A model generated the notes under the pieces. The model was not told where the DNA came from. It worked only from the letters and a program-made list of their open reading frames with translations, and ran no database searches. Position numbers and translations under genes: made by a program. From contig CAKRQL010000005.1 of the NCBI GenBank assembly GCA_934393265.1, positions 1,897-65,896 of the forward strand: DNA of 64,000 nucleotides. The letters are read 5' to 3'. The stretch comes from an uncultured Eubacteriales bacterium. Lineage in GTDB: Bacteria > Bacillota > Clostridia > Oscillospirales > CAG-272. Positions within the stretch are counted from its first letter, which is position 1, and each line of letters begins with the position of its first letter. Positions 9,474 to 19,706 of the stretch are shown piece after piece.

Positions 9474-12400
9474 ATGACCGATATAAAAGCAGACGGAATG
9501 ACAGCGGAGGTAAAGTCGGAGGAGACGGAGGAATACTCTGCCGTCACAACGCCGCAGACTGGCTCCGCGGGTGCGGAAAAGGCTGACGCGGCGGGTGCCG
9601 CCGGCGGCACCGGACTTGATGAAATTCACGAGAAGCTCGGCATAGCAAAGGCAAATATAGCGAGGGCGAACGCAACCGCAAATCAGCGCCGCGCGGAGGA
9701 AAAGCGCGCAGAGCGGGAAGCCGAGCGCGAAGCCGCAGAGCGCGCGGCAAAAGCCGCAAAGGAGAAAGCGGAAACCGAGCGCGCCGTCGCAAGGGTTGCC
9801 GAGGAGCGCCGCGCACAGCTTACTTACACCGAAAATTACAGAAAGCGCCTTGAAGAGGAGCGTGCGCGTGCACGCGCCGCGGCGAAAGAGCGCGCGCTCC
9901 GGCGGCAGGCGGCAGCAGACGAAAAGGCGAGAGAGGCAGAGCGTGCCGCGGAAGCGGAAAGGCTCCGCGCCGAGGCAGAGGAGCTCGCCGCGCGGGAGCG
10001 CGAAAACGAGCGACTGCTCTCCGATATAAAAGAGCAGGTCGCCGAAGGTGCGGAGGACGCAGCCGGAGGAGCCGCGGAATACTCCGCAGGCAGCCACGTG
10101 CCGGAGGCTCCGGCAAATGCGGACACCGCGGACAAGGCGGACGGCGACGACGGCGGACGGATAGTTATAGGTGAGGAGCCGGAGGACGGGCGGATAGTTA
10201 TCGGCGACGGCAAGGCAGACGGAAGAATAGTCGTCGGCGAGGACGCAGTCTACATGTCCGGGAGCAACGACACAGCGTATCAGGTCCCGCTCATGGGATT
10301 TGTGCCCGCGTTTGTCCCCGGGGGCGGACCGCTCCCCGGAAATGCACAGGCCGGCTATGCGAGCGCGTCGCCGGGTACTCCGGCACAGCGGGCGGCGGAG
10401 CCGACCGGGACGGCGGCGCGTCCTGCCGTGTCGGATACCGCCAGGAGTGCAACGAAGCCCGCCGCGGCGGAGACAGCCGCAATCATGGCAGGCACTGTTA
10501 AGAGCACGGCGGAAAAGCCTGCGGAGCCCACGGTGCGGGAAATACCCGTTCCCTACCCCGCCGCGCCCCGGGCGAGCCTCGTTATGGAGCCGGAGGGCAT
10601 AGGCGCCGAGGACGTGGCAAAGAGCAAAAATCAGGCGGCAGAAAGGTGTGCGACAGAGCCCGCCGCATACGATCTCCCCTCCGGGAGAGCCGATTATCCT
10701 GACTTTGAGACCGTCGGCTACGCAGAGGCGGCGAACGAGGCGATAACGTCGGCACCCGTGTATGAAAACCGCCGGGAAGATGGGCCCGAGCGCGACATTG
10801 CGTCGGGCGGGGATGAGGTCACGGAAAAGGAGATCTCAGGCACCGTGACCGCACGGTTTATAGACTATGGTGCAGAGGACGGCGCAGAGGCGTCCGAGCC
10901 GCTCGGAGCGAACGCCGTGGCGAGCGCACCGGTCTATTCAAAGCGGGAGCTTCGGGAGTACATACGGAACAATGAATATGACGAGAAGCGGTTGATACGC
11001 GAGCGCGACGCGCTGACTGCAAGGATTACGGACGGGACGCGCGAGGACAGGATCAAGACCCAGGTCGAGCGTCTGACCCTGCAGAGAGACATAATCGAGG
11101 GTCGCATCTCCGTGCTCCGCACGATATGCCGCGCGGGGGACGCCGGTAAAAAGGAGCTGAAAAGCGGAAAATCACGTCTCACGGACGCGCTCTTACAGTA
11201 CAATTCGTTTGCCGACGAGTATACCGGTTTCACAGGCAAGCCGCTCACACACGCGGACGCCGGGATCCCGGACGCAATATGCGAGGGGCGCGCATTCTCC
11301 ATGCTCCCGCTCCTGATATATCACCCTGCGAGGGAGCGCGGAAATCAGACCGCCGCGACGGTAGCGGTCGGCAAAAGTATAACGGGAAATCAATACACGC
11401 CTGCCGCCGTACCCGGTGCAGACACCGTCCCGGACTTCGAGGGCACGGACAGCGAGCATGACAAGGACGAGGAGATAAGCCGGGAGGCAGAGCGCGTCGA
11501 ATACAGTGACGCGAGAAGCATCTACGACCTTGACGCCCTCAAAAAGCTGATAGAGAAAACCGACAAAAGCTACTTAAAGACCGAAAAAGAAGCGAAGCGC
11601 ACGGAGAAAAAGCTCGCGAAAGCGGTCGGCAACCCCGCCATTCTTCTCGCTGTCAGCGTCGTGGGGCTCCGCAAGGAGCAGGTGGACGCGCGGGCAGAGG
11701 TTGTCTGCGCCTGTGCGCAGGTCGGAAAAAAGGCGATAACAAAGCAGGAGAAGAAAAAGCTCGGTGCCGCGATAGTCGGCTACAACGCGGCGGCGAGCAA
11801 CTACTCTTCCCTCACCTCTCATGAAATAGAGCAGCTCCCGCTCTGGCTCCCGGAGGAGCTTGCCGGCGGTGCGGACTACACGAAAATCCCGGCGCTCGTG
11901 CTCCCGAAGGACACGGACATACCCGTCGGGACAAGGATGTCCGAAGCGGACAAAAGGGAGCAGCGGCGCGAGCAGCTGCGCCTCGTTGCAGAGGAGAAAA
12001 AGCAACAGAAGCTCCAGGACGCGAACCGCGCGGGCGCAAAGCTCACGCCGGAGGATAAAAAAGAGCTCGCAGCCCGGGATAAACTCGCGCGCGAGCAGTC
12101 GGAGCGCGACTGTGAAATGCTCCGCCGCCGCTACCGCAGCTCGGCTGAAAATGCCGAATACGACACGCAGATAAACCATTATCACTACTCAAAGGGCGAC
12201 GGCGCGCCCGTCGCGAACGGCAAAAAGGCACTCCGCAAAGCGGAAAAAGCGGCACTGAAATGCGAGAGCGAGGACAACGCGCGTTATTATGCGATAGTCC
12301 GCTCCCACTCCGCGACGACGCCGGCAAAGCGCAGGGTCGACCGCGCGGAGCTTGAGCGCATACGGCAGAAAATGGAGACGCTCCTCGCAGAGCGTGACAG

Positions 12401-12911
12401 GATAAACCGTCAGCTCTCGGATATTTACGTTCTCCGGGAGGACAAGAACGCACAGTCAAAGACCGTATCGAAGAGGCAGAGCGCGAGGCTCCGCGCCGCA
12501 AAGCGCTCCTGCCGCGATATGCGGGACGACGCCGCGCTGGTGCGCAGAACGCACATCACGATTGATAAAAAGCAGGCGATATTCGAGCTCATGGACGACA
12601 TCACCGACTGTCGCGCGGACATCGCGGAAATCGATTACACTCTGAAAAAGACGCATCCGTCGCGGGGCGTGGCAAGAGAGCTGAAAATGCAGAGAAAAAT
12701 GAAGCTCGGCATAATAAAGCGCAACCGCGAGACCCTCGCACAGAGGATAAAGGCGGTGCGAAAGAGCGCGCGGCGCGAGGTGTCGCCGAAGAGTCAGCTT
12801 CTCTGGCTCCTGCTGCTTCTCGTCCTGGTCGGGCTCGTCACCGTTTGCGTAGTATTCCGCGCCGAGATATGGGGCTTTATAACCGGGCTCATCCCAGGCG
12901 GATCGGTCTGA
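9474..12911 (+). CDS. Large low-complexity, coiled-coil-rich, C-terminally membrane-anchored protein (unknown function)
   Basis: ORF 9429..12911, with the start moved to ATG 9474 (AAAGGAGA RBS). It has an Ala/Glu/Arg-rich N-terminal part and a single C-terminal hydrophobic helix LLWLLLLLVLVGLVTVCVVF. I recognise no family. Confidence 0.6.
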   Translation: MTDIKADGMTAEVKSEETEEYSAVTTPQTGSAGAEKADAAGAAGGTGLDEIHEKLGIAKANIARANATANQRRAEEKRAEREAEREAAERAAKAAKEKAETERAVARVAEERRAQLTYTENYRKRLEEERARARAAAKERALRRQAAADEKAREAERAAEAERLRAEAEELAARERENERLLSDIKEQVAEGAEDAAGGAAEYSAGSHVPEAPANADTADKADGDDGGRIVIGEEPEDGRIVIGDGKADGRIVVGEDAVYMSGSNDTAYQVPLMGFVPAFVPGGGPLPGNAQAGYASASPGTPAQRAAEPTGTAARPAVSDTARSATKPAAAETAAIMAGTVKSTAEKPAEPTVREIPVPYPAAPRASLVMEPEGIGAEDVAKSKNQAAERCATEPAAYDLPSGRADYPDFETVGYAEAANEAITSAPVYENRREDGPERDIASGGDEVTEKEISGTVTARFIDYGAEDGAEASEPLGANAVASAPVYSKRELREYIRNNEYDEKRLIRERDALTARITDGTREDRIKTQVERLTLQRDIIEGRISVLRTICRAGDAGKKELKSGKSRLTDALLQYNSFADEYTGFTGKPLTHADAGIPDAICEGRAFSMLPLLIYHPARERGNQTAATVAVGKSITGNQYTPAAVPGADTVPDFEGTDSEHDKDEEISREAERVEYSDARSIYDLDALKKLIEKTDKSYLKTEKEAKRTEKKLAKAVGNPAILLAVSVVGLRKEQVDARAEVVCACAQVGKKAITKQEKKKLGAAIVGYNAAASNYSSLTSHEIEQLPLWLPEELAGGADYTKIPALVLPKDTDIPVGTRMSEADKREQRREQLRLVAEEKKQQKLQDANRAGAKLTPEDKKELAARDKLAREQSERDCEMLRRRYRSSAENAEYDTQINHYHYSKGDGAPVANGKKALRKAEKAALKCESEDNARYYAIVRSHSATTPAKRRVDRAELERIRQKMETLLAERDRINRQLSDIYVLREDKNAQSKTVSKRQSARLRAAKRSCRDMRDDAALVRRTHITIDKKQAIFELMDDITDCRADIAEIDYTLKKTHPSRGVARELKMQRKMKLGIIKRNRETLAQRIKAVRKSARREVSPKSQLLWLLLLLVLVGLVTVCVVFRAEIWGFITGLIPGGSV
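10150..10245 (+). repeat. Coding triple repeat DGRIV(I/V)G
   Basis: Translation reads DGGRIVIGEEPEDGRIVIGDGKADGRIVVGEDA inside the 1145-aa ORF. Confidence 0.8.
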
Positions 12912-12927
12912 AAAGGAGGAAAATAAT

Positions 12928-13152
12928 ATGGGACTTTTCGGAAAGAGAAAAAACATTGAGGACAGCTTCTCCGTCGGAGGCGGGAGCACCGGAGCTACCG
13001 GGCGCGAGGCACTCGAGCGCAGGAGACTCCAGATAACCGCGGAGCTCGAGTCGCTCACCCGCTCGTACGCCCGCGAATCCGGCAACAGAAAGCTCGGAAA
13101 GCGGAGATTCCCCGTCGGAATGTCGCCGAACGACTACGGTTACAGAAAATAA
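12928..13152 (+). CDS. Small hypothetical protein (74 aa)
   Basis: AAAGGAGGA RBS 7 nt upstream of the ATG. Starts 16 nt after the preceding stop. No recognisable family. Confidence 0.45.
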   Translation: MGLFGKRKNIEDSFSVGGGSTGATGREALERRRLQITAELESLTRSYARESGNRKLGKRRFPVGMSPNDYGYRK

Positions 13153-13175
13153 TCGAAGTTTTTTCTCAAAAGCTA

Positions 13176-13203
13176 TTGCATTTATTAAAATGTATGCTAT
13201 AAT
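13176..13203 (+). promoter_or_regulatory. Sigma-A-type promoter (TTGCAT-16-TGcTATAAT) of the rimP-nusA-infB operon
   Basis: -35 at 13176-13181 and -10 at 13198-13203 with an extended TG. Confidence 0.65.
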
Positions 13204-13224
13204 TAATTCAGAATTTGATAAAAG

Positions 13225-13259
13225 GAGAGTGACTTTAACGGGTCACTCTCAATTTATTG
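13225..13259 (+). promoter_or_regulatory. 5'-leader stem-loop of the rimP-nusA operon (possible attenuator)
   Basis: Perfect 9-bp stem gagagtgac/gtcactctc (13225-13233 / 13242-13250), followed by aatttatt. Confidence 0.4.
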
Positions 13260-13271
13260 TAAGGAGACGGA

Positions 13272-13742
13272 ATGAAAAAAAGCGTCAGAGAAACCGTAAG
13301 AGAGGCTATTGAGCCGACCGTCACCGGCATGGGCTATGACATCTGGGACATCCAGTATTCAAAGGTCGGAGCCGACTATACGCTCGAGATAACTATTGAC
13401 AAGGCGGGCGGAATAACCATAGACGACTGTGAGGCGGTGCACCGCGCGATAGACCCGATAATCGACGAGTGTGACCCTGTTGAGGGCTTCTATTACCTGC
13501 AGGTATCCTCCCCCGGGATAGAGCGCGAACTCAGAACGGACGACCACCTCGCGCGCTCGGTAGGCGAGCGTGTGGAGGCAAAGCTGTTCTCCCCTGTTGA
13601 CGGAAGAAAATCCGTGACCGGGCGGCTCTCATCCTTTGACGCAGACAGCATAACGATAGACGAGGATGGCGGGAGCGTTACTCTGCCCCGTCAGGCCGTG
13701 TCGAAGCTGTCCACCGTATACTTTGATGACGAAGAAAAATAA
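13272..13742 (+). CDS. rimP: Ribosome maturation factor RimP
   Basis: 156 aa. The YYLQVSSPGIEREL motif, plus its position upstream of nusA. Confidence 0.9.
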   Translation: MKKSVRETVREAIEPTVTGMGYDIWDIQYSKVGADYTLEITIDKAGGITIDDCEAVHRAIDPIIDECDPVEGFYYLQVSSPGIERELRTDDHLARSVGERVEAKLFSPVDGRKSVTGRLSSFDADSITIDEDGGSVTLPRQAVSKLSTVYFDDEEK

Positions 13743-13796
13743 AAAAACATACAATCACCTATGAAAGGACCGTTAAAAACGGGGTAAAAAGAAAAA

Positions 13797-14828
13797 ATGA
13801 ACGCAGAGCTTTTCACAGCCCTTGACCTTCTCGAAAAGGAAAAAGGGATACAAAAGGAATACATGATAGGCGAGATAGAGACCGCCCTCGCCAACGCCTG
13901 CCGCAAGGAGGTCGGACAGACGGCACTCATCCGCGTGTCGCTCGACCCTGTAAAGCAGGATATGAAGGTCTATCAGCAGAGAGAGGTTGTGCCGGACGGC
14001 GAGGTCCTCGACCCGAACTGCCAGATATCCCTCTCCGACGCAAAGGCACTCTCGAGGCGGAATAAGCTCGGCGGATTTGTCGAGACGGAGCTCAAAACGA
14101 AGAACTTCCGCCGTCTCTCCGCACAGGCGGGAAAGTCTATAATCATTCAAGCCATAAGAGTTGCCGAAAGAGAGAGGCAGACAAGAGAATACGAGGACAA
14201 GAAGGAGGAGATAATCACGGCGACGGTCGACAAGGTGGACACTCTCAACGGAAACCTTATCCTCGACACCGGAACCGGATATGCAACGCTCCTCAAGTCC
14301 GAGCAGATACCCGGCGAGAGCTACGATGTCGGCGACAGACTCAAGGTCTATGTCTGCGAAGTCAGAGCCGGGGAGACGAGAGGTCCCATCGTTACCCTCT
14401 CCCGCGTACATCCGAACTTTGTGAAGCGTCTCTTTGAGCTTGAAATCCCCGAGATACAGGACGGCACGGTAGTGATAAAGGGCATTTCCCGCGAGGCGGG
14501 GAGCCGCACGAAGATTGCCGTAGAGTCCACGGACGAGAACGTTGACGCGGTCGGCTCCTGCATAGGTCGCAACGGTATGCGTATCGATGCGATACTCTCA
14601 GAGCTCGGCGGCGAGAAGGTCGACGTAATCAAGTACTCGGAGGATCCGGCGGAATACGTAGCCGCCGCGCTCTCCCCTGCGAGAGTGCTCGACGTCTATA
14701 TGGAGGATGAGCGCACCTGTCGCGTCACGGTACCGAAGGAGCACCTCTCGCTCGCGATAGGCAAGGAGGGTCAGAACGCGAAGCTCGCGGCAAGGCTCAC
14801 CGGCTGTAAGATAGACATAAAGGCATAA
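13797..14828 (+). CDS. nusA: Transcription termination/antitermination factor NusA
   Basis: 343 aa with S1 and two KH regions (AVGSCIGRNGMRI; LAIGKEGQNAKLAARLTG). Confidence 0.95.
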   Translation: MNAELFTALDLLEKEKGIQKEYMIGEIETALANACRKEVGQTALIRVSLDPVKQDMKVYQQREVVPDGEVLDPNCQISLSDAKALSRRNKLGGFVETELKTKNFRRLSAQAGKSIIIQAIRVAERERQTREYEDKKEEIITATVDKVDTLNGNLILDTGTGYATLLKSEQIPGESYDVGDRLKVYVCEVRAGETRGPIVTLSRVHPNFVKRLFELEIPEIQDGTVVIKGISREAGSRTKIAVESTDENVDAVGSCIGRNGMRIDAILSELGGEKVDVIKYSEDPAEYVAAALSPARVLDVYMEDERTCRVTVPKEHLSLAIGKEGQNAKLAARLTGCKIDIKA

Positions 14829-14859
14829 TATAAAAATCAGGTCAAGGGAGGAAACAGAG

Positions 14860-15132
14860 ATGAGCGCTACGGTACGGAAAATTCCGGAGAGACGCTGCGC
14901 CGGGTGCGGCGGGCACTTTCCGAAAAGCGAGCTCGTCAGGGTGCTCCGCACCCCGGAGGGCGGGATAGTCCTCGACCTCACGGGCAAAAAGCCCGGCAGG
15001 GGAGCCTATATATGCAAGAGCGCAGAGTGCCTCAGAAAGGCAAGGCGCGCCCGCCGGCTCGAGTCCTCTCTCGGCTCGCAGATATCAGACGATATATACA
15101 CACGGTTGGAGGGCGAGATTGCGAATGGCTGA
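14860..15132 (+). CDS. ylxR: YlxR/RnpM-family RNA-binding protein (DUF448)
   Basis: 90 aa. RRCAGCGGHFPKSELVRV and GRGAYIC motifs. Conserved nusA-infB position. Confidence 0.85.
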   Translation: MSATVRKIPERRCAGCGGHFPKSELVRVLRTPEGGIVLDLTGKKPGRGAYICKSAECLRKARRARRLESSLGSQISDDIYTRLEGEIANG

Positions 15133-15457
15133 CGGCATACAGCGCGTGCGCGGGATGCTCGGGTTTGCGACGAAGGCGGGAAAGCTCCGCTTCGGGGCGG
15201 ACACCGTGCTCGGTAATCTTCGCGGCAGAGACGCGCCATGTCTCGTGCTCACGACCGCGGACGCATCGGAAAACACGAAAAAACGGGTACATGACAAATG
15301 CGGGAGCGCGGGAGTGCGCTTCTCCGCCCTTCCCCTTACATCGGAGGAGGCGGGACACATCACCGGGCGGGCGGCGCCGGTCGCGGTGATAGGAGTTTAC
15401 GACGAGGGCTTTGCAAGCCTTATATCGCCTGAACAAAACGAATTGAAAGGAATGTGA
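15125..15457 (+). CDS. ylxQ: L7Ae-family ribosomal-protein-like YlxQ
   Basis: ORF 15119..15457; ATG at 15125. [12 protein letters not shown] motif. Conserved operon position. Confidence 0.8.
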   Translation: MADGIQRVRGMLGFATKAGKLRFGADTVLGNLRGRDAPCLVLTTADASENTKKRVHDKCGSAGVRFSALPLTSEEAGHITGRAAPVAVIGVYDEGFASLISPEQNELKGM

Positions 15458-15459
15458 AT

Positions 15460-18444
15460 ATGGCTCAGGGAACGACGAAGATAACACAGATTTCAAAGGA
15501 CTTTGAGATGAAGTCAAAGGATGTCCTTGACGCTCTGCGCGAGATGGGTATAGATAAGAAGAGCGGCGGCTCGCTCGAGGCGGGTGAGCTCGAGATCTTC
15601 ATAAACAGGCTCACGACGTCAAAGCAGATAGGCGATCTTGACGGCTATCGCTCAGGAAAGGTCACGATAAAGGTAAAGCGCGAGAAGAAGGCTGCTCCCG
15701 CGGAGGCAAAGGCTCCCGAAAAGGAGGCTGCAAAGGCACCTGTGGAGACAAAGCCCCCCGTGGCTGAAAAGGTCGCAGAACAGGCGGCTGTGCCATCCCC
15801 TGCCCCCGCAAAGGCAGCGGAGACGAAAGCTCCGGCGGCAAATGCACCGACGGCAAACGCAGGCAGAAGCGACGCGCAGAGAGAGGGGGCAAGACCCTCG
15901 GCAGGACAGACTCAGAGACCCGCGCCGCAGGGACAGCCCGCGCGCGACGGCAGACGCGACCAGAACGGCAGACCCGCCGACAACAGGCAAGCAGACCGCA
16001 GACCGCAGGGCGGCTACGGGCAGCAGAACGGCGGAAGCAGGCAGGACGGCAGACCGCGCTTTGACCGCGACAGATATACCGGACGCCCGCAGGAGAACCC
16101 GTTTGCAAAGCGGGCGGAGGGCTACAAAAATCCGAACGCCCCGAAGCCCAAGCCCTGGCAGCTGCAGACGCCGAAGCCGGCGGCAAAGCCCGAGGCACAG
16201 AAGCCCGCGACCCCGGCACAGCCCGCAAAGCCGCAGGCACAGCAGGAGCTCCCGGCACAGCGCGCGGCACTCGAGCGCGCAAAAGCGGCGGCGGAAAAGG
16301 CGGCGGCAATGCAGAAGCGGCTCGCCGACGCGCAGGCGGCACAGAAGCCCGCTGAAAAGAAGGAAGAAAAGAAAGCACAGCGTCAGAGCATGCGCACTAT
16401 TACCCCGTCGGTCAACCCGACGGCAAAGGGCGGAGTCAACATAGGCGGAGAGTCCACCGAGGTAAAGGCGAAAACCCGTGTCGTGGACATGAGAACCTCG
16501 GACGTCAACCTCTCTAAATACGATGACCGCTTTAACGAGCAGTACCTCGCGATAGCGCGCGGCACCGACGGCAAGGCGGCAAAGCAGAAGCTGAAAAAGC
16601 AGGACAACAAGGGACAGTTCCAGAAGAGCGCAAAGGACAAGGAGCGCGCGGCGCAGGAGAAGATAAAGCGACTTGAAGCCGAGAAAGCGAGAAAGAAGCA
16701 GCTCGAGATAACCGTGCCGGACGAGATAACCGTCACGGAGCTTGCGTCAAGGCTCAAAAAGACCTCAGCCGAGGTTATAAAGAAGCTCATGCTTATGGGC
16801 GAGATGAAGGGCGTCAACGACGTTGTCGATTATGCTACGGCAGAGCTTGTTGCCGATGCGTTCGGCGCGAAGGTGACAAAGGAGGTCGTCGTCACAATTG
16901 AGGAAAAGCTCTTCACCGAGGCGGAGGACAACGAGGAGGACCTTGTCGAGCGCGCACCCGTCGTATGCGTCATGGGACACGTCGACCACGGTAAGACCTC
17001 GATACTTGACGCTATACGGCACACGAACGTGACGCGCGGCGAGGCGGGCGGAATTACGCAGGCTATCGGCGCGTACCGCGTCAAGGTCAACGGCAAGGAT
17101 ATAACCTTCCTCGACACCCCGGGACACGAGGCATTCACAGCCATGCGTATGAGAGGCGCGAAGTCCACGGATATAGCAATTCTCGTCGTAGCCGCAGACG
17201 ACGGCGTCATGCCCCAGACGATAGAGGCGATAAACCACGCAAAGGCGGCGGGAATAGACATAATAGTCGCCATCAACAAGATGGATAAGCCGCACGCGAA
17301 CCCCGATAACGTAATGAATCAGCTCACCCAGTACGATATAGTCCCCGAGGCATGGGGAGGCGACGCGATATGCGTCCCCGTCTCTGCCATAACCGGTCAG
17401 GGCATTAAAGAGCTGCTCGAGAGCGTGCTTCTTGTCGCAGAGGTCAAGGAGCTCCGCGCCAATCCGAAAAAGCGCGCGAAGGGCATTGTCATTGAGTCGA
17501 AGCTCGATCGCGGAAGAGGTCCGGTCGCTACCGTGCTTGTACAGAACGGTACCCTGCACCAGGGCGACTATGTGATAGTCGGAAACGCTGTCGGTCGTGT
17601 GCGCGCCATGGTTGACGACAACGGAAGAACCATAAAGAGCGCGGGTCCGTCCGTTCCCGTTGAGATAATCGGTCTTGACGATGTCCCGCAGGCGGGCGAC
17701 GAGATGAACGCCGTCGAGGATGAGAGAATGGCAAAGAGCCTCGCCGATCAGCGCCGCGAAAAGCAGCGCGCGGATATTCTCGCCGCGAATGCGAGAGTCA
17801 ATCTCGACGAGCTGTTCAGCCAGATAAGCGAGGGTGTAAAGACGCTCAATATAATTGTCAAGGCTGATGTCGCGGGCTCTGCCGAGGCGGTCAAGGCGTC
17901 GCTCCTCAAGCTCTCCGGAGACGAGGTCAAGATCAACGTGATACACTCCGCCGTCGGCGGAATAACCGAGTCGGACGTTATGCTTGCCACCGCTTCAAAC
18001 GCGGTTATAGTCGGCTTCAACGTCCGCCCGGACAAGAACGCCCTCGACTCTGCGGAGCGCAACGGCGTCGACATAAGAACCCACAGAATAATCTATGAAA
18101 TAATAGACGAGATTTCCGCCGCAATGAAGGGCATGCTCGATCCCACCTATCGCGAGGTGCTCCTCGGACATGCGGATGTCCGCCAGACAATCCATGTACC
18201 GAACGTCGGCACGATTGCCGGATGCTATATCCAGGACGGCAAGATAACCCGCCAGTCGCTGATACGCATAATCCGCGACGGTGTCGTTATCTCCGAGGAT
18301 AAGGTCTCCTCGCTCAAGCGCTTCAAGGACGACGCGCGCGAGGTCGCTACCGGATTTGAGTGCGGCGTCGGGCTCGAGAAGTTCAACGACATAAAGGTAG
18401 GCGATATTCTCGAGGCTTATATCATGGAGGAGGTCGCCCGCTGA
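15460..18444 (+). CDS. infB: Translation initiation factor IF-2
   Basis: ORF 15454..18444; ATG at 15460 after AAAGGA. GTPase motifs [17 protein letters not shown] and NKMD. Low-complexity Ala/Pro/Lys/Gln N-terminal region. Confidence 0.95.
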   Translation: MAQGTTKITQISKDFEMKSKDVLDALREMGIDKKSGGSLEAGELEIFINRLTTSKQIGDLDGYRSGKVTIKVKREKKAAPAEAKAPEKEAAKAPVETKPPVAEKVAEQAAVPSPAPAKAAETKAPAANAPTANAGRSDAQREGARPSAGQTQRPAPQGQPARDGRRDQNGRPADNRQADRRPQGGYGQQNGGSRQDGRPRFDRDRYTGRPQENPFAKRAEGYKNPNAPKPKPWQLQTPKPAAKPEAQKPATPAQPAKPQAQQELPAQRAALERAKAAAEKAAAMQKRLADAQAAQKPAEKKEEKKAQRQSMRTITPSVNPTAKGGVNIGGESTEVKAKTRVVDMRTSDVNLSKYDDRFNEQYLAIARGTDGKAAKQKLKKQDNKGQFQKSAKDKERAAQEKIKRLEAEKARKKQLEITVPDEITVTELASRLKKTSAEVIKKLMLMGEMKGVNDVVDYATAELVADAFGAKVTKEVVVTIEEKLFTEAEDNEEDLVERAPVVCVMGHVDHGKTSILDAIRHTNVTRGEAGGITQAIGAYRVKVNGKDITFLDTPGHEAFTAMRMRGAKSTDIAILVVAADDGVMPQTIEAINHAKAAGIDIIVAINKMDKPHANPDNVMNQLTQYDIVPEAWGGDAICVPVSAITGQGIKELLESVLLVAEVKELRANPKKRAKGIVIESKLDRGRGPVATVLVQNGTLHQGDYVIVGNAVGRVRAMVDDNGRTIKSAGPSVPVEIIGLDDVPQAGDEMNAVEDERMAKSLADQRREKQRADILAANARVNLDELFSQISEGVKTLNIIVKADVAGSAEAVKASLLKLSGDEVKINVIHSAVGGITESDVMLATASNAVIVGFNVRPDKNALDSAERNGVDIRTHRIIYEIIDEISAAMKGMLDPTYREVLLGHADVRQTIHVPNVGTIAGCYIQDGKITRQSLIRIIRDGVVISEDKVSSLKRFKDDAREVATGFECGVGLEKFNDIKVGDILEAYIMEEVAR

Positions 18445-18512
18445 TGCAGAGGCGACGCACGGCGGAGCATGGGGCGCCCCTTGCTCCGCCAAACGGAAAA
18501 GCTATAAATCAA

Positions 18513-18556
18513 CCCCGGATATGCAAATATTTGTTTGCATATCCGGGGTATTTTTC
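18513..18556. terminator. Bidirectional rho-independent terminator between infB and ogg
   Basis: 15-bp perfect stem ccccggatatgcaaa/tttgcatatccgggg followed by a T-run. Confidence 0.8.
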
Positions 18557-18570
18557 GTTGTTTTGAGGTT

Positions 18571-19566
18571 TCAGGTTTTTTCCCTTTCGAGGTTTCTGAT
18601 ATAGTGGAATATGTACTGCTGGGCGACGCCGGCGTACGGTCCGAGGGTGTGCGGGTCGAGGTGACCGCCGAAGTATTCGTCTATCGCGCGCTTCATCCAT
18701 ACATCTATCGGAAATGCGTCATAGTTCCCCATTCCGAAAAGAGCGACACAGGAGGCGACCTTATCGCCGACGCCCTTTATCCTTTTGAGCTCGGTCAGGG
18801 TGGTCTCATACGACCCGGCGGCGGCTATCCCTGCGAGGTTGCACTCTCCGGACGCGACCCTTTTCGCCGCGTCAAGAAGATAGGCATAGCGAAAGCCGGT
18901 GTGCGCGGGCTCCATAAGCTCCGGCGACGCGACAATCTGCTCTGCCGTCGGGAATGTATAGCATATTCCGCAGGCACGGCAGGCGGTGTCCCCCTGCTCT
19001 GCCCCGCATTTTACAGGGTCGTTTTCCGTACACGGGGTGGCACATTGTGCCGCGCAGTCCCTGCCGAGAGGACATGAGCCGCCGGGGATGGCGACGCGCC
19101 GCCCATATGTGGCGGAGAGCATACGGATTATTTTCCTTATCCTCGGTATATTGTTGTTCTGGGAGATTATGAATGAGAAGAGTGCCTCCCACGGCTCCTG
19201 CCGGAGGATGGCTATCCCCCGCGCCTCATCCGCCGCGCGGCGGAGCCACGCGGAGTCGGTATGCTCTATGACATTTTTGCGTATCGCCTCAAAGTCAACG
19301 TCAAGGGCGAAATAATCGGTCAGTGCCGCCCTTATTTCCGGCGTGTCCTCCATGAAGAACAGAAGCTCGCCCCTCTCGCGCTGTCCAACGTCGAAGATTT
19401 TCCCGCGCACGACGGTCACGTATTCGCAGAGCCCCTCCGTGCCCGGCAGCCGCTCATACCGGAAGCACTGCCCGCACTCCATTGTGTCTCTGAGGTCGTA
19501 CTCCCCTATCCCGCGGGCGGCGAGGGCGCGGCGACCCGAGAAATTTATATTTTCAAAAGTCAACAT
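18571..19566 (-). CDS. 8-oxoguanine DNA glycosylase (OGG-type HhH-GPD) with Cys-rich insertion
   Basis: 331 aa. LRQEPWEALFSFIISQNNNIPRI, and the HhH-GPD region LKRIKGVGDKVASCVALFG...FPIDVW. Confidence 0.75.
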   Translation of the reverse strand: MLTFENINFSGRRALAARGIGEYDLRDTMECGQCFRYERLPGTEGLCEYVTVVRGKIFDVGQRERGELLFFMEDTPEIRAALTDYFALDVDFEAIRKNVIEHTDSAWLRRAADEARGIAILRQEPWEALFSFIISQNNNIPRIRKIIRMLSATYGRRVAIPGGSCPLGRDCAAQCATPCTENDPVKCGAEQGDTACRACGICYTFPTAEQIVASPELMEPAHTGFRYAYLLDAAKRVASGECNLAGIAAAGSYETTLTELKRIKGVGDKVASCVALFGMGNYDAFPIDVWMKRAIDEYFGGHLDPHTLGPYAGVAQQYIFHYIRNLEREKT

Positions 19567-19580
19567 TTTCCCGATACCCC

Positions 19581-19609
19581 TTGAAAAAAGAAAGATTGTG
19601 TTGTATAAT
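19581..19609 (+). promoter_or_regulatory. Sigma-A-type promoter (TTGAAA-17-TGtTATAAT)
   Basis: -35 at 19581-19586 and -10 at 19604-19609, about 95-nt leader before ATG 19707. Confidence 0.6.
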
Positions 19610-19706
19610 GTAGTTTGTTAACTATACTCTGAAATCGCGCATATTTATTTTAGCACACTTCGACACATTTTGCAAGCAAAACAGAAAATTACGATGCGGA
19701 GAACAC

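Noticed and set aside
8895-10097. 400-aa minus-strand ORF
   Set aside because: It lies antisense to the CBS gene and the 5' part of the large orphan ORF. It is Cys/Arg/Leu-rich nonsense typical of high-GC antisense frames, with no RBS.
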